A program made the translations under genes and the position numbers. This document shows positions 16,913 through 28,139 of a DNA stretch of 64,000 bases, piece by piece. A model generated the notes under the pieces. The model had not been told where the DNA came from. It made no database searches and saw only the letters and a program-made list of their open reading frames with translations. Where the stretch lies: the sequence record LC768500.1; one strand, written 5' to 3'. Position 1 is the first letter of the stretch. Every line of letters starts with the position of its first letter. The stretch comes from Klebsiella phage phiKp_32.

Positions 16913-19828
16913 TTAGGATTTATGCAATTTAAAGTTTAAAGTAATATCTTCAGCAATTGTCAACAACGTGTTATTGTTGTTGTTCAACACTTTACGAATA
17001 CTGAACCCAGTTGTAGCGTCTTTGTTACTAATGACATCGATGCTAGTAGACCCTGCAAACGATTCCAGTTTTATATCAACCACATCGTCACCAGAAATAT
17101 CTTTAAGTGCGGAGATAAGACTGGAGTTAGAAATGGTTGAGTTGGCCAGCATGTTGTTGATAGTCTCAGGATATGTGTTAGCGAGACTGGTCTGCAGCGC
17201 GTCCGACTCATACCCATTTTTGGTTAAGTAAACCGTAATGGAGAAACTGAGATCGCTCCTAATCGTCGTTTCGATATCAGCGTTGATGATGACATCGATA
17301 TTCCCGATCTTAGCTTTAGGAAGAAACTTGACTTTGGTTTCGTCCAGGCTTCGATTGTTAATCGCTGTCATATCTTGCTTGATATTATCAGTCAGATAGG
17401 TTTTGGTCGACTCATCGAAATCTTTATCGTACGTATCGGTCGTGAAGAAGTAAGAGCCGTCAAACCCTAAGAAGTCGAAGCTGTACTGCAGCTTCCTAGG
17501 TTCAACTTCTACGTTGTTACCGTCGGCGTCTTTAACAAAATCGCCGATGAGATATTTGTACGTCGGATTACCTTGAGCATCCAGAATAGGGTCGCCTTTC
17601 TTATGCAAGAAGATCGGAAGACCATCATTGCCTAAAACCAGTTTCCCTTCGTCATCACGCTGAGGATAATCTTTATCATAAGTATCCGGAACGTTGTAAG
17701 TGTACTTCTGATAACGCGCGTCGCCAGTGATCGGTCGGATACGAGTGTACATGTAATCGAGGCTCTGCCCCAGAGTAATGTTCCACTGCGTTTCGATAAT
17801 CGCTTGCATATCAGCAGAGAAAAGACTAGAGGCGATTTTGTTGTCGCTATCTGATCTGTTCGTTGCATCATCAGTAGTTTTAAGTAGAAGGAAACTGAAT
17901 GCGTTAGTCAGACTACTTGGGATATTATTTGCGTCCGCGTCGTACTGAGTCAGGTTGTTAAGATAAAGCAAATCGTTGTTATCGATGTCAAAGTTGCTCG
18001 ATAATACAAACTGCCAAATCCTTTCACCGGAACTGTTGACCCCTACCAATTCACCCTTAACAGATGCGAGCGCTGCTGCGTTAGCTGGGGTGAAACAGAG
18101 TTGTGCTCCGACCTCACTATCCTCCAAAGCCTTGTACTCTTTACCAGACTTACAAACAAGAGTAAAGACGTAGCCCGTTTTCGTTACGGAGACGTTAATA
18201 CTTGATACACCGAGCTCTATCCCCAGGTTGGTGTTCTCGTATAAGAATCTCTGGTAGTTGCCGGTAGGAGAATCCATCCGGTACATTCTTAACGACGCTT
18301 GATTGTCGGTAAGATCCATGACGTAATGGAACGGAGTGTAAACCAACGCATTCCCATTGACATAGTTGGAAATAGCCTCAAACCCGGAATTCTGGATAGC
18401 GGTTAATTCCGTTAAGGGAACTATCCTGGTCGTCGTTTTCGAAATATCGAATACCGTCCTGCTCGGTATAGTGATCCGTTCGCCATTGTCAAACACCATT
18501 CCTGTCGCTACCAGATCTTCGGCACTTTGCAGAATCGATCCGATGTAGGTGTTCATGCTAGAAACCATCCCGTCTTTATTAGACTGAGCGGGAAGATCTC
18601 TGGACGCCTTGTACAGACGATTGGTGATGTAATCGATAGACAGCACTTCGTCGTAACCACGATCCTCAATATTGTAAGAATATTGATTAGGGGTGATCGG
18701 CAAACTGTCTCGGCGATTACCGTAGATGGCCGCCCGACGAACACTTTCAAAACTACGAGGATTCGCCCCACCCGTTACGGCGTTCACGGTAATCCAGGCT
18801 TGGTTATTCGCTTCCAACAACGGCGAGGAGTATACGCCCAATTGGTTGTTGTCGTAATTATAGTCGAGATATTCCGGTGTGTGATCCGCAACACTAATCG
18901 TTTTAAGATCCTGTTCGTAATAACCGACTGTCGTATAAACGTACAACGCGATCTTACCTACGCCCAACCCACTCGTTATGTAAGCAACCGGAACTTCATA
19001 GGTAAACGAACCGTTATCATTATCCAGGGAGATGACCAAAGTCGGTACAGTCGTATCGAAGTTGGCTTTGTTGTAGCTAATAGCCATCTCGGCAGTACTG
19101 CCGTCTGAATAAGTGATAAAGGCACGGATGGCGTAAAGATAGTTACTGAAATAAAAGGTGTCTTTAGCCAAGCCGGAGGCTGCCGTTGTCGCGATATTGA
19201 ACTTAGGTGTGTTGTTCAATTGACGAACAGGAACGAGGATGCGGAGGAACTTAACGTTGCTGATAACAACGTAGTCGGTATCCAGTACGTTCTCTGAAAT
19301 TGGATTGAGCGGATTGTTGACAGTTGAATCATAAACAACGCTATGGCCGCCATGTTCCATTAAACGAATTTCGAAACCGTTTTCAATACTGAAGTAAGTG
19401 GAGTTAACCAGAATTCGAGTATCTTTAGGAACCAGTAGTTTCCGATATTTGTTTACTACCGCGCCATCTTCTTCCTGGTATTCGACAGCCAGACGTTTTA
19501 TCTCACTCACTGGAATAAGATAAGCCATCGTTGTACTGCTAGGAACACCGAGCAAACCGTACCATTCTTCGTCAGATAGATTACGGCTGAGATCAGACAT
19601 GTTCCTCGCCTGGTTTTTATACATCTGAGCGGCTGCGTCACTATGTCGGCTCAGCAGTGTATACGCCTCACCCACGATCATATCCATAGCCGTGATAAAT
19701 GGATGTGTGGGGCTGTTAAAGGCGATGTTTTTACCTGACCATGCTTCTTCGATCATGGAGAGTACGTTAGGAATAACTCGAGTGGGGTTATTCGATATTT
19801 TTTCTAAGTCGGAGTAGGAATAACTCAT
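16913..19828 (-). CDS. large hypothetical protein (971 aa), probable virion structural protein
   Basis: Long ORF, N/S/T-rich, no enzymatic motifs. ATGA-coupled to the upstream gene. Confidence 0.45.
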   Translation of the reverse strand: MSYSYSDLEKISNNPTRVIPNVLSMIEEAWSGKNIAFNSPTHPFITAMDMIVGEAYTLLSRHSDAAAQMYKNQARNMSDLSRNLSDEEWYGLLGVPSSTTMAYLIPVSEIKRLAVEYQEEDGAVVNKYRKLLVPKDTRILVNSTYFSIENGFEIRLMEHGGHSVVYDSTVNNPLNPISENVLDTDYVVISNVKFLRILVPVRQLNNTPKFNIATTAASGLAKDTFYFSNYLYAIRAFITYSDGSTAEMAISYNKANFDTTVPTLVISLDNDNGSFTYEVPVAYITSGLGVGKIALYVYTTVGYYEQDLKTISVADHTPEYLDYNYDNNQLGVYSSPLLEANNQAWITVNAVTGGANPRSFESVRRAAIYGNRRDSLPITPNQYSYNIEDRGYDEVLSIDYITNRLYKASRDLPAQSNKDGMVSSMNTYIGSILQSAEDLVATGMVFDNGERITIPSRTVFDISKTTTRIVPLTELTAIQNSGFEAISNYVNGNALVYTPFHYVMDLTDNQASLRMYRMDSPTGNYQRFLYENTNLGIELGVSSINVSVTKTGYVFTLVCKSGKEYKALEDSEVGAQLCFTPANAAALASVKGELVGVNSSGERIWQFVLSSNFDIDNNDLLYLNNLTQYDADANNIPSSLTNAFSFLLLKTTDDATNRSDSDNKIASSLFSADMQAIIETQWNITLGQSLDYMYTRIRPITGDARYQKYTYNVPDTYDKDYPQRDDEGKLVLGNDGLPIFLHKKGDPILDAQGNPTYKYLIGDFVKDADGNNVEVEPRKLQYSFDFLGFDGSYFFTTDTYDKDFDESTKTYLTDNIKQDMTAINNRSLDETKVKFLPKAKIGNIDVIINADIETTIRSDLSFSITVYLTKNGYESDALQTSLANTYPETINNMLANSTISNSSLISALKDISGDDVVDIKLESFAGSTSIDVISNKDATTGFSIRKVLNNNNNTLLTIAEDITLNFKLHKS

Positions 19829-20859
19829 TTAGCAGTCCACCATTCTAATTCCATGGTACTTAGGTTTATCCAAGGATAAACGTTGTATTGTTTTTCTAAG
19901 AATTCACTGGGTTGTATTTGACGATAGTAAGAGGAACGCTGATCATCGCCCATGTTAGGATTAAAGAATACGGTAGCGCCATTAAATCCGTCCACTACCT
20001 CAAACGTGTCAAACCTCGCCCCAACACTACTGAACTGAATTGTCAGTTCATCTTGTCCTTGACCGCGTCTGACAGTACTCTCGTTATCAATCGCCGACAT
20101 AGCACCCATGGGGTAAGTCACGGGGATGGATTGAACTGTCATGTACATGCTCTCTATATTTCGTAAGTTTTTGTTCATAATGAAATGATAGATGCGACAG
20201 TCGAAATCCCAGTAGTTACCAGCCAGCGCCTCAAGAGAAGGCTCCATCTCATTATCACCTAATCTCACTTCGGGAATATAACTTTCCCAAGTTTGGAAGA
20301 TGTAGGGAATGATACCCGGCTTTGGGTTATAGAACGTCGTGTTGATCGTCAGCGGCCCGTTCTCATCCAAAATCCCAACCGGGGCCTGATGAACCTCGTT
20401 ACGAATTCCCGGATTGCTTTTCCTGACTTCTAAATCTAAATCGGGGAACCCGTTACTGGCTTTACACAAGTTAGTCAGCGGCGCTATCCAGGCCAATTTA
20501 TTGTCGAGATCTGGATGCGGATAAAGGTTAGCTGAGCGATAATCCAATAACCCCCTGACATAAGCAGGAAGGCTATCAGTTTGTGCTTTATAGAAAGGGG
20601 CGAATCGAGGAGATTTTACAACGTTATCGTCTTCGAGATTTAAAACAGGGCGGGTGACGAAAAATAATCCTATGACGTTGTCTGCAATAGGCGTCATCTG
20701 TACGCCTGGTCCCAGAATACGGATTCCCTTTAAAGTATTTGCGAGGGGTGATGTATAGGAGGAACCTCCATTTGCTGTAAACACATCATCAAAGATGCTC
20801 AACCTGTCCGTTAGGGCTTCTCCAGTGAAGTTCTCGGAACTATTGAATTTGATATCCAT
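19825..20859 (-). CDS. hypothetical protein (344 aa)
   Basis: ORF coupled to the downstream 971-aa gene. Confidence 0.45.
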   Translation of the reverse strand: MDIKFNSSENFTGEALTDRLSIFDDVFTANGGSSYTSPLANTLKGIRILGPGVQMTPIADNVIGLFFVTRPVLNLEDDNVVKSPRFAPFYKAQTDSLPAYVRGLLDYRSANLYPHPDLDNKLAWIAPLTNLCKASNGFPDLDLEVRKSNPGIRNEVHQAPVGILDENGPLTINTTFYNPKPGIIPYIFQTWESYIPEVRLGDNEMEPSLEALAGNYWDFDCRIYHFIMNKNLRNIESMYMTVQSIPVTYPMGAMSAIDNESTVRRGQGQDELTIQFSSVGARFDTFEVVDGFNGATVFFNPNMGDDQRSSYYRQIQPSEFLEKQYNVYPWINLSTMELEWWTAK

Positions 20860-20886
20860 TATTTATTTCCAAAAAAGAGGAACGAC

Positions 20887-22003
20887 TATGATCACCGCTG
20901 TGCTGTCCTGGGCATCCGCTATTATTAGCTTAGCTAAGATGCTTAATCCTGACAACAAAAACTACGATGAGAGCAAAAAGGTCATTGATAAATTGGGTAG
21001 TGTGGCCGGAATCGTCAGCACGAGTTCCGCAGCTAAGTCAGCGCAACGCGCCATTATCAACCCGATGGTTGTGGTGGAGCGGCCGCTCCTCCACCAAGAA
21101 TATATGAATGAACTTTTAACGATCATACAATTACGCGACATCATGAACGTCCTGACCCACCTGAGTTTGCAGGGTGAAGTTGGCGGCGTTAAGATCGCTA
21201 AACTGATCGAAGGCATTAACCCGTCCCGTTCTGGTTTCCTTTCGCTGATGGGCGCCGAGTCTTTTGGTGGAACCAACATTCTTCCACCAGTGGCTGGGAC
21301 AGAAGCCGATCTGGTTACCGTTAAAGATAAAGACGGTGTGATGATCGACACTAAACTTCAAAATACCCTCAACGAATATTCCCCGCTCGCTCTGGGTAAA
21401 GTCGTTGGCGCCGAAGTTATCATCGATGGTAAACGCAACACGTTTCCACTGGTATTCCGCCAGGTACCGGTTCCTGCGGATACCAAACAGCTTGAGAACG
21501 TATTCCAGGTAGCCAAGCCTGAAGACGGCCTGCGCATGCGTATCATGATGCTCAAAACAGGCGAAATCACACCTGCCGAGTTCCTTACCGGTAGCGATCT
21601 GGTTAAGAAAGAATTCGCCGTTCGTAAGAACGATTTGACCGGGTACTACGAAGAAGCGCAAAAACGTGCGACTCGTAATCGTGCTGAGGCTATTCGCACT
21701 GGCGAAGCTTCCATGAACACAATGGCGAACGTCTTCGTTATGTCTTCCGATACCGCTCGTCAGATCGAACTCGAGATCGGCTTACGTTTTGCCAACGCCT
21801 CTTCTCGTGACCGCATTTTCAGCAAAACCGTTGCTAACACCATTGTGGTGGTCAACGAAGGCCGCGGTATATTTACGTTCTACACTCATGGCCAGGATAT
21901 GCCGGAAGTGTACACGCGTTCAGAAATCAAAGTGAAGGCTGCTAAAGATACCTCTTCTAACAGTCTGCAAGATTTGCTTAAACTCTTTAACGGTGGTGTA
22001 TAA
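20887..22003 (+). CDS. hypothetical abundant protein (host-optimal codons), probable virion protein
   Basis: ATG at 20887 with the RBS AAGAGGAACGACT. Strong CTG/CGT/GGT codon preference. Confidence 0.45.
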
Positions 22004-22878
22004 TGGATCTGGTGAAATACGCTAAAGGCGTAAAGTCGCTTAAAAAGAAAGACGTCTACGATACAATCGCGTTACAGAAAGGCATGGTAAGCACGATCAA
22101 AAACATGCTCGCCCTCAACGCCAGTAACGACGTCGGATACGACCAGTACGCTCAGCGCTGGGCACTGACCAAAGGGATCCTCAAAGACGTTGGTCGTCGG
22201 GTAACTAATCCGACCATGACCGACATTTTTGTCGATTCGATTAAAGGGATCGAATTCATCCTGTCTCGTCTGGAACAACAGGCTAAAGGTATCGACGACA
22301 CCATTGACGGAGCAACCCTGACTATCAAAGAAACCAATATCCTGATCATCCTGGATAACATTGGTTATTGGACGGGTTACACTCTGGACCTGGTGGAAGT
22401 CCTTTCTTCTTTTGCGCTGGAAGGCAAAGAAGATGAGCGCGGTATTAATAAAGCCGACCTGACTTTCCTTAATAAGACTTGGTCTTATTATTCCGATCTC
22501 TCGGTTCAGTTCATGGCTGAGCCCGACCAGATCGTTCGTCGTTTAGAGAAACTCTCTGACGTGCCGGCGGATCAGGATAGTGTGGATATTGTTCAGAACG
22601 CCAAAGGTCGTGACGCTGTTAACGCGATGAGAGGGTTCGGGATTCATACCGTTCTGCCGGCCTACTGGATTCTCGATATTAAGAAAAATATCGATCTCGG
22701 TCGTATCAAAGCTAATCAGAAGCGCATCGAAATTCACTCGATGAAACTTGAGCAGCTGATGAACAAACGTAATGGTAGCAACGATCCTCACTTGGATCGC
22801 CAGATTGAAATCTACCAAAACGACATCATCAAGGCTAAGGCTAAAATCGAAGATATCGTTGAAAGCTATCAGGTGTAA
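22003..22878 (+). CDS. hypothetical protein
   Basis: TAATG overlap with the upstream gene. Confidence 0.45.
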   Translation: MDLVKYAKGVKSLKKKDVYDTIALQKGMVSTIKNMLALNASNDVGYDQYAQRWALTKGILKDVGRRVTNPTMTDIFVDSIKGIEFILSRLEQQAKGIDDTIDGATLTIKETNILIILDNIGYWTGYTLDLVEVLSSFALEGKEDERGINKADLTFLNKTWSYYSDLSVQFMAEPDQIVRRLEKLSDVPADQDSVDIVQNAKGRDAVNAMRGFGIHTVLPAYWILDIKKNIDLGRIKANQKRIEIHSMKLEQLMNKRNGSNDPHLDRQIEIYQNDIIKAKAKIEDIVESYQV

Positions 22879-22889
22879 GGGAGTTCATT

Positions 22890-23405
22890 ATGCCGAATTA
22901 CCGTTCGAGCAAATACGGTATGGTGAGCGCGGATCTTTTGGATCCCTCCCTTACCGCTGTTAACGATCTATTAAAACTCTATCTCAGAAATGCGGGCCAA
23001 GATTTCGAATTCGGCATTGCGCCTAAGAACATTCAGGAAGTGTTCCGGAACGTCAACACTCTGATGGCTAACGATTTCCGTGCTTGGCTGGCGGCTAACT
23101 ACAACGATGGCGTCGGGCTGCGATCAGATATGGTCCGTCGGGTGCTGGGTTTTCTTTCTGGTGAGCTGACGGGTCAGCTGGTCGTAGAAGGTATCCGGAT
23201 GGACCAGATCAAGGTCAGACATCTGAAACGCATCGGTGGGGAGGCTAAACCTTATCTCCCCACCCCTACCAAAAGAAATGAAAAATGGCATGATGCTCTG
23301 AACAATGTCTTACCTAACGATTTCTACAGTTTGGTAGAGGGTATCGGCTTACAGGCATTAGTTTGTTTAATGCTGACGTTAAGTGGGGAAACAGGCGATG
23401 TCTGA
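22890..23405 (+). CDS. hypothetical protein
   Basis: RBS is AAGGGAG. Confidence 0.45.
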   Translation: MPNYRSSKYGMVSADLLDPSLTAVNDLLKLYLRNAGQDFEFGIAPKNIQEVFRNVNTLMANDFRAWLAANYNDGVGLRSDMVRRVLGFLSGELTGQLVVEGIRMDQIKVRHLKRIGGEAKPYLPTPTKRNEKWHDALNNVLPNDFYSLVEGIGLQALVCLMLTLSGETGDV

Positions 23406-24693
23406 TGTCGATAAGATTTCAAAAGAACTTTCGGAGATTTCCATTACTCACTCTTCCGAGTTAATCGAAGCCGCCGAAGAATCCAACCAGATGGCTGAAT
23501 TTGCTGATCGACTCTCCGAGTCGGCTGACAGGGCTTTGGTTATAAAAGAAATGCTTCAGAACGTTAACCCCACCGCGGTAACCGTTTCTTTTGGTTCAGC
23601 CATTGATAAACAGTTAAACCGTATTGGGGTGATGGACGTCATTAATAAGACGTCAGCTGACGTTTTAGGTGCGGAAGCATTGGGAAGAACCCTGATGCCT
23701 TCGGCCTATCTCCAAAGCCGTATAGCCGGCTGTGAGTCTTTTATTGGCGATGCCTTATCCAAGGCTAAGAAAATGCTGATAGCGGCGTCTGAGAGCATTA
23801 GGGACCGCTATATCCTCATTAAGGAATCTAATCGTTCTTTGGCGAGAAGAATTCTCTTAGTAGAAGAGAAGTTGAGTAAAGCCCCAGGTCCTTTAGTTCA
23901 CGGTCAGTTTAAAATTAAACTTGATCGTAATCCTCGGCTTTTCCTGGTTGATGGCGTGGTTAAAGAGCAGTGGGGAGCACAACTTGAGCGAGTGGATAAA
24001 TCCATTTCTGCGCTCATGTCGAACTACTACAAAAATAACCGCAGTTCTATCAACGAACTTCTTTCTTATTTCGGCGGGTTCTCCCATCTCGAAGAAGACC
24101 GTGCTATCGAACGTCTTTTGTCTATGCCGAGTATGATCAGCCATTACACCTTTAAGGAATGCTTATATCCCAACCGGGAACTTTCTAAGGACGGTGTGAA
24201 GGTAATGCAGTCGGTGGAACTTATGGGCGGCCGTCGTTTCCTTAACGCGGTGTATGAGAAGAAACCAAAGCAGCTTGAGTCTCTGGAAGAACTCTCCCGG
24301 TACTTCACCCAGATCCTTGAAAACGAATACGTTAAGTTCGTTGCCACCGAAAAAGTTGAATTGAATAAAGATATTGAGATCTCCAGTCTCTCTACTTTAG
24401 AAATCAAGGTTATTCTTAAACTCTGTTCAGGTATCCTTGATAAAACAGAAAGCCTGTTCAGCGAAGGCGATCAGTATTCGGTGGAAGGAAAGGATTATTT
24501 GGAAATGATTAATGTCATTTCTGATAACAACTGGGATGACAAACTCAAGTCTACCGTCGTCAGGTATTTCGAACAGCTCGCTTTGAAATATAATAAAGAG
24601 ATGCTGAACAACCGTGTGGCGGTGGTGGAATATCTGACCCTGCTTATCAATGGACTGTTAAACATCGCTGAACGCAGCATAGACGGCGAATAG
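23398..24693 (+). CDS. hypothetical protein (432 aa)
   Basis: ATG at 23398 is preferred over the upstream in-frame start. Confidence 0.45.
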   Translation: MSDVDKISKELSEISITHSSELIEAAEESNQMAEFADRLSESADRALVIKEMLQNVNPTAVTVSFGSAIDKQLNRIGVMDVINKTSADVLGAEALGRTLMPSAYLQSRIAGCESFIGDALSKAKKMLIAASESIRDRYILIKESNRSLARRILLVEEKLSKAPGPLVHGQFKIKLDRNPRLFLVDGVVKEQWGAQLERVDKSISALMSNYYKNNRSSINELLSYFGGFSHLEEDRAIERLLSMPSMISHYTFKECLYPNRELSKDGVKVMQSVELMGGRRFLNAVYEKKPKQLESLEELSRYFTQILENEYVKFVATEKVELNKDIEISSLSTLEIKVILKLCSGILDKTESLFSEGDQYSVEGKDYLEMINVISDNNWDDKLKSTVVRYFEQLALKYNKEMLNNRVAVVEYLTLLINGLLNIAERSIDGE

Positions 24694-24701
24694 GAGGTAT
24701 C

Positions 24702-25676
24702 ATGTCGCTAGAGCGCATTATGCTTTCTAAAAAGGCACAGGGCCAACATCAGGATTTGATGGATGCGTTGAATCAGTTTAACGTCGTTACGGGAAACGAA
24801 ACCTTATTTGACGACGTTAAGCTTATCGGTACAAACGTTTTATCCCGGACCGCTGTGTTGGCTGGAAAAGGTATAACTGAGTTGAATAATCTCTTTACCG
24901 TTGGTACTCGTAAGGCCATGGTGAAGTTTGGGACTAATCGTCAGGCTATCTCTGTTTTATCCAGGGATGTCCCTAAACGAGAGCTCAAAGAAGAGGTTGT
25001 TCTTCCAGCGTCCTTTGTCAACAACGTGACCTCAGAGGGTGACCTGGGTACGGTTATCGATGATACTCGGACCCTCAGTCAAACACTGGATCTGTTGGTT
25101 CGTCATCTCAATGATATCGACGCATACCTGAAACAGCAACTGGGTTACGTAAAGGACATTGGGAACGTTCGTACTAATGATCAGGGCGTGGCTTTGATTC
25201 AGAAATACGACAAACTATCCTATCCGGCATTACAACTACCTATTCACGCTAATTTTATAGCCTCTTCGCACCCCTTGCCCGGAGGGAAGATTTTAACTTA
25301 CGATGATAAACGTCATGTTTATTCTATGTCTGGTAAAAAGCCCCACGGCGAAGCCCAACCTTATCCTGCTCAATTAGATACGGTTGGATGGTTACGAGCG
25401 GTTAATGGCGTCAACGATCATTTACAGCGCTTAATCAAGTATATGTACGAGTACAATACTTTTGTTAAGAACTGGGCTAGTGCGGTGAAATCAGCGTACC
25501 CTCATCTCGAAAGAGAAGATAACCTGAGTGAGTCCGTTTCTAAGCAGCTCGAAAGAATGCTTGATGGTAACGTCAACATTATGCAATTGTATAGCGGATT
25601 ACTCCCTCGTCTTATTGGATACACGGATAAGTATATCCAGGATGTGTTAGGGTCCGTCAACAAACTTCTTAATTAA
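24702..25676 (+). CDS. hypothetical protein
   Basis: RBS is AGGAGG. Confidence 0.45.
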   Translation: MSLERIMLSKKAQGQHQDLMDALNQFNVVTGNETLFDDVKLIGTNVLSRTAVLAGKGITELNNLFTVGTRKAMVKFGTNRQAISVLSRDVPKRELKEEVVLPASFVNNVTSEGDLGTVIDDTRTLSQTLDLLVRHLNDIDAYLKQQLGYVKDIGNVRTNDQGVALIQKYDKLSYPALQLPIHANFIASSHPLPGGKILTYDDKRHVYSMSGKKPHGEAQPYPAQLDTVGWLRAVNGVNDHLQRLIKYMYEYNTFVKNWASAVKSAYPHLEREDNLSESVSKQLERMLDGNVNIMQLYSGLLPRLIGYTDKYIQDVLGSVNKLLN

Positions 25677-25713
25677 TAAGTTTTACATCAAATCTCTCTA
25701 GAGGATTTAAATA

Positions 25714-26979
25714 ATGAGTAAATTGTTTCTGGATCTGCTGGCTCGTCAGGGCAACGAAAACCTGGAAATCGAACTGGGTAATGGCGATACCGCTGTAATC
25801 GTTCCTGAGTCGGCCGAAGAAATCGCTGAAATGGCTGCTGAAAACGTTGTTGCCGAAACTTCCGAAGCGCTGGAAGAACACGCCGGCGACGTTGAAGACC
25901 TGTGCGACAAAGTTGAAGAACTGGAAGAGCAGGTTGAAGAACTGCAAGAAGTCGTTGAAGGCGCCGAAGCCCTCCTGCAACCGGGTACCCAGTGGAACCC
26001 TGCTGCGTTCGCTCTGCTGTATGCTCGCGGTGAAAAACTGAACGCCAAAATGAGCGATGCTGTCGTTCCGGTTATGGGCGCGGAATCTCTGGCTGACGCG
26101 ACTACTGCCGAACTGTCTGCTCGTGAAGGCCTGGAAGCTATGGGCGCAACCGTGAAAAAATGGGGTTCTCAGGCGATCGCGTTCATCAAGAAAATCTGGG
26201 ATAGCCTGATCTCCTTCATCAAAGGCCTGTTCTCCAAAGCCACCGCGGTTAAGAACAAAGCGAAAGCGGTTGCCGCTCGCCTGGAAAAAACCAAAAAACT
26301 GAAAGAAACCATCAAGCTGGGCAAATGGAACGCGTTTGTCGGTGTTGGCGAAGGTCAGCCTAAATCTGCAACCGGTCTGTCCACTCTGATCGGCGCTGCC
26401 GGTAAAGTGGTAGCGGGTTCTGAAGCTCTGCTGTCTTCTCCGGGTAACGCCGCTGCGCTGGCAGGTCCGGTTAAAGAACTGAGCTCCGCTGCAGCTGGCC
26501 TGGACTCTGTTTTCGGCCCGGCTAAGAAAGCTGGCGGCGACAAAGCCGTTGCTGCTCACCAGTGGCGTGGTCTGACCATCGCGGTCGGTTATTACGCTGG
26601 TAAAGTCGAAACCTTCGAAGATGTTGCGAAAGCCGCTAAAGCCATCCGCATCTCCTGGAAAGTTTCCGGCGGTAAAACCTCTGGCGAACACAAAGTCACC
26701 GACGGCAAAGACGCGCTGAAAAAATACATCAGCGACGCCAACGCTCTGGTTGACTCCATCGCTTCTTCCAAAGTTGAAGCGCAGTATGGCGCGGCTAAAC
26801 GCGATCGCATCATCGGCCTGCTGAAAGCAGCTGATACCAAAGACGGCGAAGACGTGGGTAAAGCAGTTAACGCAGTGAAAGCTGCTCAGACCGCTCTGTC
26901 CTCTGTAACGACTTCCGCGACCCGTCTGGGCCTGGCTATCGCTAACGGCGAACTCGACTACGTACGTGCTTGCCTGTAA
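25714..26979 (+). CDS. Ala/Glu-rich abundant protein with acidic N-terminal propeptide-like region (head or inner-body protein candidate)
   Basis: Strongest host-optimal codon bias in the window together with 39519..41705. The N-terminal 90 aa carry repeated S/A-x-E motifs (SAEE, AAE, SEALEE, GAE), the cleavage pattern of phiKZ-type prohead proteases. The codon bias creates a long artefactual antisense ORF (25669..26691). Confidence 0.5.
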   Translation: MSKLFLDLLARQGNENLEIELGNGDTAVIVPESAEEIAEMAAENVVAETSEALEEHAGDVEDLCDKVEELEEQVEELQEVVEGAEALLQPGTQWNPAAFALLYARGEKLNAKMSDAVVPVMGAESLADATTAELSAREGLEAMGATVKKWGSQAIAFIKKIWDSLISFIKGLFSKATAVKNKAKAVAARLEKTKKLKETIKLGKWNAFVGVGEGQPKSATGLSTLIGAAGKVVAGSEALLSSPGNAAALAGPVKELSSAAAGLDSVFGPAKKAGGDKAVAAHQWRGLTIAVGYYAGKVETFEDVAKAAKAIRISWKVSGGKTSGEHKVTDGKDALKKYISDANALVDSIASSKVEAQYGAAKRDRIIGLLKAADTKDGEDVGKAVNAVKAAQTALSSVTTSATRLGLAIANGELDYVRACL

Positions 26980-27007
26980 TCCCTCGGGATGGTTGTTTAA
27001 ATCAAGA

Positions 27008-27045
27008 GAGGGGAGTCCTTAGGGGCTCCCCTCCCTATTTTGCAT
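27008..27045 (+). terminator. rho-independent terminator
   Basis: About 11-bp GC-rich stem GAGGGGAGTCC-TTAG-GGGCTCCCCTC, followed by a TATTTTGCATTT tract. Confidence 0.55.
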
Positions 27046-27057
27046 TTGAGAGGATTT

Positions 27058-28131
27058 ATGTCTACCCCTTACACTCAAAAAGGCATGTCCATGTCTCTCG
27101 CAGAAGAATACGAGGGAGATAAAAAGAAATTAGATCGTTACATTGAAGGTACTCCTGATAACGTAGGGCGGTATAAAAAAGTAGCGTCAGTTATTGGTAA
27201 AGAGCCCGGCCATCTTACTGTCGATAAAGATACGGGAGACAATACCGCCGGCACAGAAGAATTTGATATCGACGAAGCCGTTCTTAATTTCCCAGAAGAT
27301 GAGAATGTTGCTGGGATGGAAGACTTCGTAGAGTTTGCCAAGAAGGCAATAGTTCGATTAATGCGAATGATCAAGAATGCAGCTATCTTCATCTACGAGC
27401 TCGTCTTTAACAAGATTAGCCGCATTAAACACATTGCTCGTAAAGCAGAATATCAATTAAGAACACAGAGCCTAATACCCACTACCGTGCCTTACCCCAA
27501 AGGGACGCGTAAGATATTCATAGGACCGGCTTTACAGCTCAATGCTAACTGGACCCTTAAAAGCATTCAACAGGTCCAACTGTTTTACACCAGACTGATG
27601 AAAGCGCACGGTAATTTATTGGATGCGGCTAAATCGGGTAATTGGAGAAACAACCCTAATTTCATTTTTGAAACAGCGGCGACGTTCGCCAATGAAATTT
27701 GCCAGAATCATCACAGTGATTATTCTGAAACCCAAGTTCTCCCAGGCGGGAAAATCTACAGAGTGAATTATTCCAAAGGCAGTGGAAAAAATCGTCCTGG
27801 CGTTTCCCTTAGCCAGAAACTCTCCGTTCAACTTAATGATAAATCCTTTAAGCCGGATAGAGCGATTGCTGACGACCTCATGACGGCCCTGCAAGGATTC
27901 GCAGATAAGATCGGTAACGATCATCGCAGTCAAACCAGCACTTCCAGAAAAATGGAAGCGGCGATAAGAGACCTGGAACGTTATTATATCGATCCTGAGG
28001 CAAAACGCCATGCGGCGGCTTACTTCACTTGGTTGATTGATTTCCAACGTACGGTTCTGAGCACCGGTCTTCAGTATGTTTTCGGAACCCTGTTCGGTTA
28101 TGCTGAATTCATTTCGGCTAATGTTAAGTAG
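27058..28131 (+). CDS. hypothetical protein
   Basis: ATG at 27058 with an AGAGGA RBS. Confidence 0.45.
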   Translation: MSTPYTQKGMSMSLAEEYEGDKKKLDRYIEGTPDNVGRYKKVASVIGKEPGHLTVDKDTGDNTAGTEEFDIDEAVLNFPEDENVAGMEDFVEFAKKAIVRLMRMIKNAAIFIYELVFNKISRIKHIARKAEYQLRTQSLIPTTVPYPKGTRKIFIGPALQLNANWTLKSIQQVQLFYTRLMKAHGNLLDAAKSGNWRNNPNFIFETAATFANEICQNHHSDYSETQVLPGGKIYRVNYSKGSGKNRPGVSLSQKLSVQLNDKSFKPDRAIADDLMTALQGFADKIGNDHRSQTSTSRKMEAAIRDLERYYIDPEAKRHAAAYFTWLIDFQRTVLSTGLQYVFGTLFGYAEFISANVK

Positions 28132-28139
28132 AGGTAGTT

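Noticed and set aside
21131-21661. 176-aa minus-strand ORF
   Set aside because: It is antisense to the codon-biased gene 20887..22003.
25669-26691. 340-aa minus-strand ORF
   Set aside because: It is antisense to the Ala/Glu-rich highly biased gene 25714..26979. Same codon-bias artefact.
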